NCBI RefSeq assembly: GCF_964194155.1
Contig: NC_135901.1
Span: 36,580,001-36,644,000 of the forward strand
Source of the DNA: Cetorhinus maximus
Lineage: Eukaryota
Reading direction: 5' to 3'
Length of the DNA stretch: 64,000 nucleotides
Shown here in pieces: positions 26,307 through 39,099 of this stretch. How positions within the stretch are numbered: position 1 is the stretch's first letter; every line of letters starts with the position of its first letter. Below the pieces are notes generated by a model. That model was given only the letters and a program-made list of their open reading frames with translations. It had not been told where the DNA came from and searched no databases. The translations under genes and the position numbers were made by a program.

Positions 26307-26464
26307 CTGCAGTGATTGGATTTTGCTGTTAATCACATCATGGACTGAACCATGTTGACTGGGGTCTGTTTCTACTAATGTTAATAACCTCCAACCCAGT
26401 TATAGCCGTTAATATTCTGAATAAAGTCAAATAAATCAGCTTTGTGTTAAACATACAAATTAGT

Positions 26465-27610
26465 TCCTTTTGAAGTGCTCTCTCTCTCCCCGTCTCCTCC
26501 ATCCTCACCTCCAACAACAAGTGTGTGGAGCTCATGGAGCTACTTTGTCACTAAGATTGAGACAATCTGATCAGCTGCCTCTGTTGCTTCCCTCCCTTCC
26601 ACTAGCCCACCAGGACAAACTGTCTCTAAAGATCCCCCTTGTCTGAACCCTGAACCCACATCTTTCTTTAGTTTCGCTCCCATTTCCTCTCATACCACCT
26701 TCATGCTCATCTTGTCCATGAGACCCAGCTCCTGCACAATTGAGCCTATTCCCACTAAACTGTTGGTCACCCAACCTCCCCATGTTCGCTGAGATTGTCA
26801 ATGGTTCTCTCTCTTCAGTTACTGTCCCTCTCTCCTTCAAATCTGACATCATCAAGCCCTCATCAATAAACAAACCTTTGGCCTTGTCCTTGCAAACTGC
26901 TGTCCCATCTCCAACCTTCCTTTCCTCTCCAAACTCCTCAAACATGTTCACACCTCCCAAATACGTGCCCATCTTTCCCAGAACTCCCTGTTTGAATTCC
27001 TCCAATCAGGTTTCTGCCCCTGCCACTGTACTGAAATAGCTCTGATCAAAGCCACTAATGACATCTTATGTGACTGTGACAAAGGTAAACTATCTCTTCT
27101 CATCCTTCTCGATCTGTCTGCAGCCTTTGACAAGGTTGACGACACCATTCTTCTCCAACACCTCTCCGCTGTCGTCCAGCTGGGTGGGGCTGCTCCCTCC
27201 TGGTTCCATTCTTCTCTATCTAACCATTGCCAGTGAATTACTTGTAATGTCTTCCCTTCCCACTCCCACAGTTACCTCTGGTATCCCCAAAGGATCCAGC
27301 CTTGGCCTCTTTTTATTTCTCATCAACATGCTCCCCACAACGACATCATCTGAAAACACAGCATCAGTTAACACATGTACACTGTCAGTGTCCAGCTCTA
27401 TCTCACCACCACCTCTCTCCACTTTTATTATATTATCAGACTGTTTGTCTGATTTTCAATGGTGAATGTGCAGAAATTTCCTCCAATTAAATATTGGGAA
27501 GACTGAAGCCATTGTTTTCATTCCCGAGATACCAACTCGATTCCTCTCCCTGGCAACTGTCTGAGACTAAACCAGACTTTTTGCACAAGTGATGTCAGGT
27601 TTGACCCCGA
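26465..27610 (+). mobile_element. Decayed L2 LINE
   Basis: LLDLSAAFD-like and GIPKGS RT motifs. Starts at the same junction behind the ZNF as at 9960. Confidence 0.85.
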
Positions 27611-27614
27611 CATA

Positions 27615-28020
27615 TGTTCTGACTCGGGTGTATGTGTCTTGGTGAGTTTCCAGTCAAATTATGATGTGAATCTTCCCCACAGGCAGAACAGACAAACATT
27701 TCTCCTTCCATAATCAAAGGCTGGTCATTTATGAATTCAGTGATTCTGTAAGATCTTGTTGAGATTTTTGGTTTGAGTTCCCCATCTGAAAATCCTCTCC
27801 CTCTAATCCCCTGTAAACACAGCTGACAAAAGTCATCACTGTCAGTACAGGATAGAAATTCAGAACAGACAATTCTAGTTCCTATGGAATATTGTTTCCT
27901 ATTTCATTCCCCCAAATCTATAAATCCCTGTCCCACACACTCCTCCCCCTCTCTGCTCATTGTTCCAGATTCAGTGTCCAGTCTCCTACTAATTATTTTC
28001 TCCTCTCCAGATTCTCTCTC
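27615..28020 (-). pseudogene. Truncated ZNF exon start (subfamily B)
   Basis: Similar to 43250-43700. Contains an EGEMFVCSACG-like first-finger remnant and the acceptor module, and ends against an L2 fragment. Confidence 0.55.
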
Positions 28021-28659
28021 TTCCTGTCCTTAAAGTGGTGACTTAGGCTGTGGGTCAATCCCACTCCACTCCAATCCAATGACTGTTTACAATACAGATT
28101 GAGGCCATTCACCCGTCCTGCCTGTGCTGGCTCTCTGCAAAAGCAAATGAGCCAGTCCCACTCCCCTGCCCTTTCACGAAGAAGACCAGCAAATATTGTC
28201 AATCCCCAGCTGCCTGTGGAGAAGATGACTTTTGACCTTCATGAACCGCTGCAGTCCGTGTGGTGAAGTTATGTTTCACCCTGTGAAATGGTGACCTCGG
28301 AAACAATTTCACTTTTCAATGATGAAATCTCCTGCTAGGGACTGTAGCAGGAAAAATATCAGAAACACTGGAGTCAGAGGTTTCAAAAATCGCACCTTTG
28401 AGGGAAAACTCCATTGAGTGGGGTGACGTCTTTGTGGAATTTCCAGTCAGTGATGGTGTCATCATCTCTTTGCTGCTGATTAATGGTGGCCACATTTCCC
28501 ACAATCCTCCACATCCCAGAAACTGCTCTGTCCAAAAGAGACTCCTACTGTTCACCATTTGTTAATTGGAGGAATGTTGTCACAATTTACAGGGTAGAGT
28601 TAAAATTGTGGAGTCCTGAATCAAAATACAGTGAGTACAGGTTGAGAAATCGTCTCAGA

Positions 28660-29060
28660 AAACATATCATATTCTGGGCTTTATAAATAGAGGCATGGTA
28701 TACATAAGTAAGGAAATTATGTTAAACCCATTAAAAAAAACAGTTTGGCCTCAACTGGACTATTGTGTCCAGTTCTGGGCACCAGACTTTAGGAAGGATG
28801 TGACACCAGATAAGATTCTCAAGAATAGTTCCAGGTTTGAGGAGCTGCACTTACGTGGATAGATTGGAGAAGTTGGGACTGTTGTCCCTGGAGAAGAGGT
28901 TAAGGGCTCTGGACAGAATCAATAGGAAGAAACTGTTCCCATTTGTGGAAGGATCGAGAACAAGAGGGCACAGGTTCAACTTAATTGGGAAAAGAAGCAA
29001 TGGTGACATGAGGAAATTTTTTTTACACAGTGAGTGGTTTGGATCTGGGACAGGTAGATA
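28660..29060 (+). mobile_element. CR1 3' fragment
   Basis: RLEKLGLLSLEKR...SRTRGHRF. An older similar piece lies at about 29975-30340. Confidence 0.75.
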
Positions 29061-30560
29061 TCAGATGAAATTAAACAAAAACATGGGGTGATGAATTTCA
29101 TAAGTTATAAAAGATAAAAAGTGGGAAAGATTTAGATGGCGCAGAGTAAGAGAATAGTAAAGAGATGGAAGATTTGACCAAATACCTTGCCTTATTCATT
29201 AGAAAGTTGTAGAGTCTGCTTTAAAACTTTATAAGAAATATAAACTGATCAGATTCCCTGTCGTCTATCGTATCTTATATTGATCCACCAATCAGAGTAA
29301 ACATGCAAGTCCCTTATGTCCACAGTCACTTACATGACGTCAACGTTCTGGTGATTCCAGTCCTGGCTGCCCCCTTACATCAGTATCCCCTCACTTTTAT
29401 ACCCTGTAGTGATCCAGCTCTGGCCCCTGACTCTTCTTTGTCTTCTCTGCTGGGTTTTGGCAGGAAGTGAGGAAAAGACAGCTGGAATTTCTCTAATCTG
29501 TGATTTACAAGGACACATTCCCTGGTTCCCAGCAGTTACTTTTCTTCAGGAATTTTCTCATTCTCCCTAAACTCCCCTGCCCACTGTTAATTCTGATAGT
29601 TTCACAATTATAGGTATAAACATCACACATTATAATCTGATCTATTCCATTCCTCACTCTGGTTTCAGTTTATATTGTGGTTAATAACAGACAAACTCTG
29701 TCCTTTTCCCTGATCTGACTCGAGTTTCCAATGAGCTGATTCTGTGCGATGGAATGTCTTATCAGTGTTGCCATGGTGACCTGTCTGCAGTGAAGAGCCT
29801 GTTTGCATTTGTAACTCAGGCTGAACTTCTCTATTGCATAATACTCATTATATCAGACATTTCACCTCAATGTATATTTAGCCATCTTTTGTCAATATCT
29901 CAAACACTCAAAAGGTATTCAGAGACACAGACCTTTAAAAATGGGAGAGAGGGGGAGTTATTAAGTGTTTAAGAAGCACATGGGATCCTAGGTTTTACAA
30001 TTCAGGGTGTAGATTTCAAAAGGACAAAGGTCATGTAAACCTGTACAAATCATCGGTTCAGCTGCAGATAGAATATTAGGTCAAGTTATGGGGATTTTAC
30101 ACCAGGAAGGATGTCGAGGCCATGGAGAGAGTGCAGTGGAGATTCACTGAGATGAATCCAGGGAAAAGAGGCTTTAATTATCAGGAGAGATTCCAGAAAC
30201 TGGGGAACTTTTCATGAGAACAAAGGGTCATTGGAGATCTGAGGGAGGGGTTCAAAATCCCATCAGGGAAATGAGGAAAAACTATTTCCACTAGTCGGTG
30301 AGTCAGTAACTGGAGGAGAACAAAGTGAAACCATTACTGAAAGGCTCAGGCCCAGGGGTGAAATATTGAGCAGACAGTACAACAATATTCAGGTCACTCA
30401 CTGTACCTTGGAGCTGTGGGCAGGGGATAAACTGCTGGCCTCTCTTATCTCTGGCTTAAATATTATTCTCCAAGAGGTGAAACAGGTCAGTGCTGGATAA
30501 TGGGGCATCCTGAGCATCAAGTGTCTGCTAAAATCATTCTCCAGTCAAATCCTGCATGGT

Positions 30561-31083
30561 TTAGTTACAGAGTAAAGCTCCCTCTACAATCTACACTGTC
30601 CCCATCAAACACCCTCAGGGCAGCAACAATGTGGGGTTAGTAAAAGAGTAAAGCTCCCTCTGCACTGTCCCCATCAAACACGTACAGGACTAGTACAACA
30701 CAGGGTTAGGTACAGAGTAAAGCTCCCTCTACACTGTCCCCATCAAACACGTACAGGACTAGTACAGCACAGGGTTAGGTAAGGAGTAAAGCTCCCTCTA
30801 CATAGTCCCCATCAAACACTCCCAGGACAGGTACAGCATGGCGTTAGATACTGAGTAAAGCTCCCTCTACACTGTCCACATCAATCACTCCCAGGACAGG
30901 TACAGCACGGGGTTAGATAGAGTAAAGCTCCCTCTACACCGTCCCTATAAAGCACTTCCTGGGCAGGTGCAGCACGGGGTTAGATACTGAGTAAAGCTCC
31001 CTCTACACTGTCCACATCAAACACTCCCAGGACAGGTGCAGCACGGGGTTAGATACAGAGTAAATCTCTCTCTGTACTGTCCA
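30561..31083 (+). repeat. 69-bp minisatellite, about 7.5 copies
   Basis: Unit agagtaaagctccctctacactgtccccatcaaacactcccaggacaggtacagcacggggttagatac. Confidence 0.95.
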
Positions 31084-31099
31084 ATGTTTGGCAGTCATA

Positions 31100-32720
31100 G
31101 ATTATGCACTAAGGGAGGTTATGATGTTGTCATTCTTAAGTAGATCATGAGGTAGAAAGTTGAAATATAACACATAAACTAAACAGATAGAAAGAGCACA
31201 CGACTCCTGGATTGTAAGAGCAGTTTACCGCTCCCAGAGGATGAACAAATGGGTGACACAGGCAGAATATTGGTCTCTGTTGCCAATGGGTGGGGGAAGC
31301 AGCCCCTCCTACTTTCTTAACTGAAGTGTTGGGAAGTTTTTCTCCAGTCGCCTTCTGTTTGACGGAGGCTGCCCAGCGTGGATCACTTCAAACATCTCTT
31401 TTCTGTCCCGAGTGATTGTTTTCCTCTTGAGAGCCTGTTTTTAACCTGTTCTCAGATGGTTAGTTTACGTGTGGGTTATGAGATTCTCTCAGGAATGTCT
31501 GTGCTGGAGATATGTGCTTGGCCTGTCCTGTGTTTTTCAATCTGTAAACTGCTGTTGGAATTTTCTTCACATGGAATATATTGAATATTAATGAGATCTT
31601 AAGATTTTAGACATCATTATAGAGCAATTTTCTTACAGATCTCCCCAGCTTGAGTGAGGAAAAATCCTGACTGAGTTTTCACAACTGATTTCTGACTAAT
31701 CTCGCTATTTCTAAGCTACAAGCTTGTTTTCCTCATTTCTTGTTGATATATCGTAGGTAACACAATAAAGTTCCCAGAATAATCTGATCGCCATCAACTT
31801 GAATTGGCATTCCTCACATACAGATCACCTCTTTCAATTATATTCCTTATCCTTTTGCAGCAGTGCTCCTGATTCTAAATTATTAAAGCAACAGATCCTG
31901 CATGGACTTAAAAGATTCTCCAGTTTTCCCTTCACCTGCATCCACCTTGTGGATAATTCTTATTAAGTATTATTTCTCCTTGGCCTTCAACCAACCCCAC
32001 CCAAATCCCCTTTACTTTCATGTTGCTCCTTCTGACAATTGCCAGTGTGTTTAGTTCTATCTTGATTGTTTTAGAGTCAGTTACTCCACAGTCTATGTGT
32101 CAATGCCTTAATGATTTAGAAATGTTGACTCACTCTGCTGCCCACGGTAATCACTTTATGTTAATATAAAAGCAAAAAACTGCGGCTGCTGGAAATCCAA
32201 AACAAAAATAAAAATATCTGGAAAAACTCAGCAGGTCTGATAGCATCTGCGGAGAGGAATACAGTTAATGTTTCGAGTCCGTATGACTCTTCAACTGAAC
32301 TGTACGTTGTTCTGTTGTCGAATAGCTGAGCATGTTTGAGACCCATTCTTTACTGCAGGTTCAACATGCATTTCCACACGTTAATTATTTCACACATGAC
32401 AAATCTGCATACTCACACCAGTACGCCAACATCATGGCACACACTCTATCTGATAAAAGCTGTTGTTAGTCTTTCAGGCGATCTTATCAGAAGGTCAAAC
32501 TGGGTCTTTGTCAAAATATCTTCACTTTACCCCCACTGCATTGGTCTGCAGTAGTGGCCAGACTATCAAATGCATCCACTAAAACAGTTCATAAACAAAG
32601 ATACAAATATCTCCAGAAGCTATCAAGTTAAGAGCCTCCACTGCACTTTCCGTTCACGAGAATGGACAGTGATACCAGCTTGATATATTCCATTGAACTA
32701 CATCAAAGGTGAAGGAAAAT
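31100..32720 (-). mobile_element. LTR-retroelement/ERV relic copy A: env-like 3' end plus putative 3' LTR
   Basis: Minus strand reads IILGTLLCYLRYINKK*GKQACSLEIARLVRNQL* (stop 31679-31681), then GGGGAGA and TGTAAG at 31637. Confidence 0.5.
32165..32302 (-). mobile_element. Short Penelope terminus inserted in the env-like relic
   Basis: Same terminal motif with a decayed hammerhead at 32263-32301. Absent from the paralogous position near 39775. Confidence 0.7.
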
Positions 32721-32887
32721 AGGGAGTGTGGGGAATTGTGAAGAGGACTGTGAGTGATTCAGTGTGAACACACAGGTTAGTAAATGGGGCAGATAGATGT
32801 CAGATTGAATTCAACACAGCTGAATATGAACATTCTGTAAGTTACAGTAAAATAAAATATACACCATACAATGAGTACAGCAGCAGG

Positions 32888-33130
32888 ACTGGGACATCCC
32901 ATCTCCAAACACATCCCACCCTGTTCACACTGAGAATCCCAGGGTGGAGAACTGGGACATCCCATCTCCAAACACACCCCACCCTGTTCACACTGAGAAT
33001 CCCAGGGTGGAGAACTGGGACATCCCATCTCCAAACACATCCCACCCTGCTCACACTGAGAATCCCAGGGTGGAGAACTGGGACATCCTGTCTCCAAACA
33101 CATCCCACCCTGTTCACACTGAGAATCCCA
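32888..33130 (+). repeat. 63-bp tandem repeat, about 3.9 copies
   Basis: Unit actgggacatcccatctccaaacacatcccaccctgttcacactgagaatcccagggtggaga. Confidence 0.95.
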
Positions 33131-33812
33131 GTATTTGGGAGGTGACAGCGTGTTCAAACAGTGTGGAGAGGAGAGGAAGGTTGGAGGTGGGGCAGTAGTT
33201 TGCAAGGACCGTGGGGGTCAAAGGTTTGTTTTTTGGTGGTGGGGGTGATAATGACAGATTTGAGGGAGAGAGGGACAGTACCTGGGAGAAAGAACTGTTT
33301 AAAATCTCAGTTGGTAGTTGGGTGATCAGCAGTTTAGTGGGAATAGGGTTGATAAAGGTGGGTCTCATGGACAAGGTGAGCACTGAGAGGGCATGAGGGG
33401 AGATGGGAGAGAAACTGTAGAAAGATGTGGGTTCAGGGCTCAGACAAGGGGGATCTTTAGAGATAGTTTGTCCCGGTGGGCTAGTGGAAGGGAGGGAAGC
33501 AACAGAGGCAGCTGATCGGATTGTCTCAATCTTAGTGACAAAGAAGCTCCATGAGCTCCTCACACTTGTTGTTGGAGGTGAGGATGGAGGAGAGAGGAGA
33601 GAGGGGAGCCCTTCAAAAGGAACTAACTTGTGTTAGAGATATTAGAAAGACTCAATAAAGTGTGCATTCAACACAAAGCTGATTGATTTGATTTTTAGCC
33701 AGATCATTAAGGTTTATAACTGAGTTGGGGTTTACTAACATCAGCAGAAACAAACCCCACTGAACACGGTTCAGTCCTGGATGTGATTAACAGCAAAACC
33801 CAATCACTGTCG

Positions 33813-34340
33813 TTACTCATGAACTTGCTGGTGTGTTAGCAGGGTGGAGGAATCAGTGAATCTCATCCCACACTGAGGGCAGGTGAACGGTCTCTCCCCA
33901 GTGTGAGTGCGCTGGTGTGCAGTGAGTTGAGATGACCACCTGAACCCAGTCCCACAATGAGAGCACCTGAACGGTCTCTCATCAGTGTGAACACGTTGAT
34001 GGGACATCAGATCCCAAGAGCTTTTACAGCACGTTGCACAGTCTGGGCATTTGAAAGGTCTCTCCCCAGTGTGAACTCGCTGGTGTTTCAGGAGTTTGGA
34101 TGAATGAGTGAATCCCTTCCCACACTCGGAGCAGGTGAACTCCCCAGTGTGACTGCGCTGATGAGTTTCCAGCTCAGACGGGGATCTGAATCCCTTTCCA
34201 CACTCCCCACATTTCCACGGACTCTCCCCGCTGTGACTGTGCTTGTGTCTCGACAGGCCAGATGATCGGCTGAAGCCTCGTCCACACACTGAACACGTGT
34301 ACGGTTTCTCCCCACTGTGAATGGTGCTTTTTCCTTCCAT
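33813..34340 (-). CDS. Short finger-only C2H2 ZNF, 6 fingers
   Basis: Intact ORF MEGKST...HQQVHE with one shortened linker (HTGEFTC). Same acceptor and 3' flank as the paralogs. Confidence 0.8.
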   Translation of the reverse strand: MEGKSTIHSGEKPYTCSVCGRGFSRSSGLSRHKHSHSGESPWKCGECGKGFRSPSELETHQRSHTGEFTCSECGKGFTHSSKLLKHQRVHTGERPFKCPDCATCCKSSWDLMSHQRVHTDERPFRCSHCGTGFRWSSQLTAHQRTHTGERPFTCPQCGMRFTDSSTLLTHQQVHE

Positions 34341-36338
34341 GTTCAAAATCCGATGATATTCAGGTTACGATAAATTGGGCGACTGTGTCAGATCCTGATA
34401 TGATGTTTAGTTTCAGTTTCCCGACTGCAAATCATCCCCTTCTAACACCCTGTGAAATTGATTTAAAACAGAAAAAAGGGAGTGAGAGAGAACCCACAAA
34501 AACACAAAGGCAGGTTGTGAAATTGAGCTGAATGAATCTGGGAATTTGTGGGGCTGGCACGAAGAAAAAGTGACCATGAAAACTGCTGGATTGTCATAAA
34601 AACCCAACTGGTTCACTAGTGTCCTTCAGGGAAGGGAACCTGCCACCCGTTCTGGGCCTACACAAGACTCTGGCCTCGATAAGAACTGAAGAAATAAGAA
34701 CAAGAGAAGACCTAACACCCCATCGAGCCTGCTCCACCATCTAATACGATCATGGCTGATCTTGGGATTCAACTCCACTTTCCCGCCCACTCCCCATATC
34801 CCTCAGCTCCCTGAGACACCAAAAATCTCTCCATCTCAGCCGGAAATATATTCAATGTTGGAGCATAAACAACTCGCTGGGCTAGAGAATTCTATGTGAC
34901 AGAGAGAGAGAGAGATAAAGAGAGAGGGGAGTGGGAGAGGCAGAGGGAGGAGGTTAATGAACAAAGCGCAGGATGTCAGTGAACAGAATTCGAGCACATG
35001 AGATTGGGTTAATATACTGCTATGGATTGACGATTGGTGAACAGACAGGAAACAGAGAGTAGGAATAAACGGGTCATTCTCAGGATGACAGGCTGTTACT
35101 TGTGGGGTACCCCAAGGATCAGTGCTTGGCCCACAGCCGTTCACAAGCTATAGAAATGATTTGAAGGCACCCATTTAAGAAGCACCTAAATTTTCATTTT
35201 CTCATCCTTGTTTTCATCCATGGTTGTGATCATTCCTATCTATGCAACCTCCTCCAGCCTCACAATCCCCCCCCCCCCGATATATCCACGCTCCTCGAAT
35301 TCTGAAGTCCCGAGAATTCCTGATTTTAATCACTCCATCCCTGATTGCCATTCTGTCAGTTTCTAAGGCCCAAGCTCTGGAATTCCCTCCCTGAACCTCT
35401 CCGCCTCTCTGCTTCATTTTCATCCTTTAAGATGCTCCTTCAAACCGACCTCTTTGACCAAATTATTGGTCACCTGCCCGAGTATCTCCTCATGTGGCTC
35501 AGGGTCAAACCTTGTTTTGCAACATTTCCATGAAATATCGCAGAAAACTGTATCACATTAAATGTGCGATATAAACACAAATTGTTGTTGTTGATTTGTT
35601 CCTTCATCATCACTGGGTGAATAACCTGTAACTCCTTACCTAACAGCATTGTGGGAGCAACTTCACCACACGGACTGCAGCGGTTCAAGAAGGTCAAACA
35701 TCATCTTCCTCAAAGGCAACTGGGGATTGGCAATATTTGCTGGTATCTGTGGAGAATTAAACAGAGTTAATGTCTCAGGGTGTGCAGAATGAATTACAGG
35801 GAATAAAAATCATGCCGAATCTCATGGTCAATATAAGCTAAGAAGTGGAAGAGAAATGGACTATAGCGCAGGAAAAACAATTCCTGACTATGGAAGATAC
35901 TGTGGGAAGATAAAGCTGGTAAGACAGCAGCACATGGACAGGAGATGGGCAGCGGAGGAAACCTCATTGAGACACAGTTGGTAGAAGTAGCAGTAAAATC
36001 CTAAACAGAGCTAAAATACACCCAGTATTAGAGACAGAGGCAGTTAGACAATGTCAGAGGGGTGATCAGGGAGGGAAGAGGTGAAACAGTGCAATAGATG
36101 GACATGGATTCAGATCCACAGTAAAGGAGTCACACCAGCCCCAGAGCCATGGAACCTCTCACAGATACAGAGCGTAGAACTAAAACCTAAACTAAAAGTT
36201 GTAGCTGAATGGTGAAAAATATTTACCTCTGAAACATTTTCAATTTTAAAATCTCCTGCTGGATCCTGCAGCTGGAAAGATATCAGAAGCACTGGAGTCA
36301 GAGAAAAATCTCCCAGTTGAGGAAATACCCGGGGAGTG

Positions 36339-36409
36339 GATGATGTCACCGTGTAATTGTCGATGTGTGATGATGTCACCGTGTAATTGTCGATGTGTGA
36401 TGATGTCAC
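36339..36409 (+). repeat. 30-bp tandem duplication
   Basis: gatgatgtcaccgtgtaattgtcgatgtgt twice. Single copy in the paralog at about 23250-23285. Confidence 0.85.
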
Positions 36410-36924
36410 ACACATGGACACAGAACATCTGGGTTTGTACAAACCAATGATCGCCACACATTATGAAGGATTGGAGGGTCCTGAGGTTTATATGAGGCAG
36501 ATAAAGAAAAACTATTTCCGTTAACTGATCGTAAATGGGTTATGAGAGGCAGTTTAAAGATTTTGTGAAGAACTACAAGGGGGATATGAGGAAAAATGTT
36601 TACACAGTGAGCGGTGATGACCTGGAAGTCAATGCTTACATTTCGAGACCGATAATGTCCAGGTCCAGATGAATCGAGTGATTCTTGCAGACTCTGAAGT
36701 GATGATTGGTTTGAATTTCCAATCTGCAAAACCTCATCTTCTAGTATCCGGCAAATGGAATTTACAAAATTCATCATTGTCAGAATTGAGAAGAGACAAA
36801 CATTTTCTTGGTCTGAGCTTACTTTGTATGAATCCTCCCCTTCTAACCCCCTGTAAAAGGAGTTTCCAAAATCCATCCCTGTCAGTCCAGGATAGAAATG
36901 CTCAACATTCTCTCCTCCTGCTAC

Positions 36925-37680
36925 CTGGACCAGGATGGCCGCGCATGCGCCCTGCTGCACATTGCCCCCTATAAAGATGGCGGCTGTTACCTTGGGCCTG
37001 GCGAAGGGAGAAATCCAGACATTTTTGGCCCGTTCTCTGTAAACACAAGACCGGTACCTTGTTATTTGGGTCCTGCGGTCTGCACTGTGTCTTTATGAAG
37101 CCTCCCTGCCCACTCCGCTGGCTCCATTCCTCCTCACACAACCACTAACTCTTCCTCCGCAGCTCCGAGCAAACCCGGAGCCAGTAGCTTCTTACTGAGG
37201 GTTTGGGGCCGGCACCGTGAGTTTATGAAGCTTCCAAACTTACCCAACAGCCCTATCTCTGTTCAGGGGTTTATTTTCGGCCCTGAATCCTCACTCGGTC
37301 TTTGTAAAACCCGTATTTTAAATCCGTTCGCTCGCGCTCTCTTCCCGTCTGTCTCCACGGACTGCGCATGTTCCGACTTCAAATGATTGGCGGAAGCTCC
37401 GGACCAATAGAAAGAGGGGCCGGGTCTGAAGGTCTGTGCAGGAGAGGCTGCTCCTCCAACCAATTGGAGTGAATGAAGGGCGGAGCCGGCTGGGAATGGA
37501 GCATGCGCAATGCGGGTGCGGGATCAGGATGAAGGGAGGTCAAGTTGAAAGTCCAGCGTGTGAGGAAGAGCGGAGTGCAGGAGTGGAATGGAGCCAGAGG
37601 GTGGACTGGGAGGGTTCACAAATACCTGGAGTAGGATTCCAAACCCGGATTAGAAACTCCCGGAGTCGAGTTTACACCGA
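36925..37680. promoter_or_regulatory. Probable bidirectional CpG promoter
   Basis: YY1 and NRF1 motifs plus several CCAAT/ATTGG boxes. The module points left toward the 33813 gene and right toward the 37790 fragment. Confidence 0.65.
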
Positions 37681-37789
37681 GTGGTTGGAAACTCCTTTTC
37701 CAGGGAGTTAGACAGGGAGGATTTACACACAGCAAACTCAAACCAAGAGAAATGTTTGTCTCTTTGGACTGACCTGCTGAAACACAGTG

Positions 37790-38856
37790 AATCCACACTG
37801 GCGAGAGGCCATTGAGTTGCTCACAGTGTGGTAAGAGGTTCAGCGCATCATCCCACCTGCTGGGACAACATTCACACTGGTGAGCGACCTTTTAAATGAC
37901 CAGGGTGTGAGAAGTGCTTTAAAAGGTGTGGAGAACCTTGCAGGGAGGTTTGCTAGTGCTGTTGTTGGGGGTTTAAACTAATTTGGCACCAGGGTGGGAT
38001 ACTGAGTCAAGGTATAGTAGGGGGTGATGTACAGACAGGTATATAAGAAAAAACAAGTCAGTCTGGAAGGCAGAGTGTACATCGTCAAGTTAAGGCACAA
38101 GGGAACATAGCATGGCTGGATGGCATTTATTTTAATGCAAGAAGTGTTGCGAGTAAGGCAGATGAATTGAGGATGTTGATTAACACATGAAGATATGATA
38201 TCATTGCTATCACGGAGACATGGCTGATGGAGGGGCAGCACTGGCAGCTCAATATTCCGGGGTATAGAATCTTCAGGCGAGAGAGGAGGGGATGCAGGTG
38301 GGGTGTTGTAAAAAAGGTGGTGGTGTGAAGAAAGACTAGACAGGCTGGGGTTGTTTTCCTTAGAGCAGAGAAGATGGAGGGGGGACCTGATAGAGGTGAA
38401 CCAAATTATGAGGAGCATAGATAGGGTGAATAGGAAGAAACCTTTCCCCTTAGTGGAGAGGTAAATAACTAGGGGGCATAGATTTAAGGTAAGGGGCAGG
38501 GCTTTTAGAGGGGATTTGAGGAAATTTTTTTCACCGAGAGGGTGGAGCTCTGGAAATCTCTGCCTGAAAGGGAATGAGAGGCAGGAACCCTCACAACATT
38601 TAAGAACTATTTAGATGAGCACTTGAAACGCCACAGCTTACAGGGCTATGGGCCAAGTGCTGGAAAATGGGATGAGGGTAGATCAGGGCTTGATGACCAG
38701 AGTGGATATGATGGGCCGAAGGTCCTCTTTCCGTGCTGTAAAACTCTGATGTCCCATCAACGTGTTCACACTGATGACAGACCATTCAGATGTTTTCACT
38801 GTGGGACCGGGTTCAGGCAATCAAGGGACCTTATTCGACACAAGTGCAGTCACTAG
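37790..38856 (+). pseudogene. Decayed ZNF fragment interrupted by a CR1 insertion
   Basis: Finger remnants at 37790-37925 end in ...EKCFK. The finger resumes at about 38745 ([36 protein letters not shown]). Confidence 0.75.
37927..38745 (+). mobile_element. CR1 LINE (deleted) inserted into a ZNF exon
   Basis: YDIIAITETWL endonuclease motif joined to the CR1 3' end (RRWRGDLIEV, TRGH). Confidence 0.85.
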
Positions 38857-39099
38857 GTGACATCATCCAAAAAGCACTGTGTTAGTTTTCACATGTAAAC
38901 TGACAACACCCAGCTCTACCTCACCACCATCCCTCTCCATTTCTCCACTGTTACTAAATTATCAAATTGCTTATCCAACATTCCATACAGGGTGAGCAGA
39001 AATTTGCTCCTTTTAAGAATTGGGAAGATCAAAGCCATTGTCTTTGGTCACCACTACAAATTCCGTTCCCTAACTACCCAGTCTATCCCTATGGGGTAA

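Noticed and set aside
30561-31083. CRISPR-like array
   Set aside because: Units repeat head-to-tail without unique spacers, there are no cas genes, and the context is eukaryotic.
32777-33205. ORF with 21-aa Cys-containing repeats (WDSQCEQGGMCLEMGCPSSPP)
   Set aside because: It is the translation of the 63-bp tandem repeat fused to L2 sequence.
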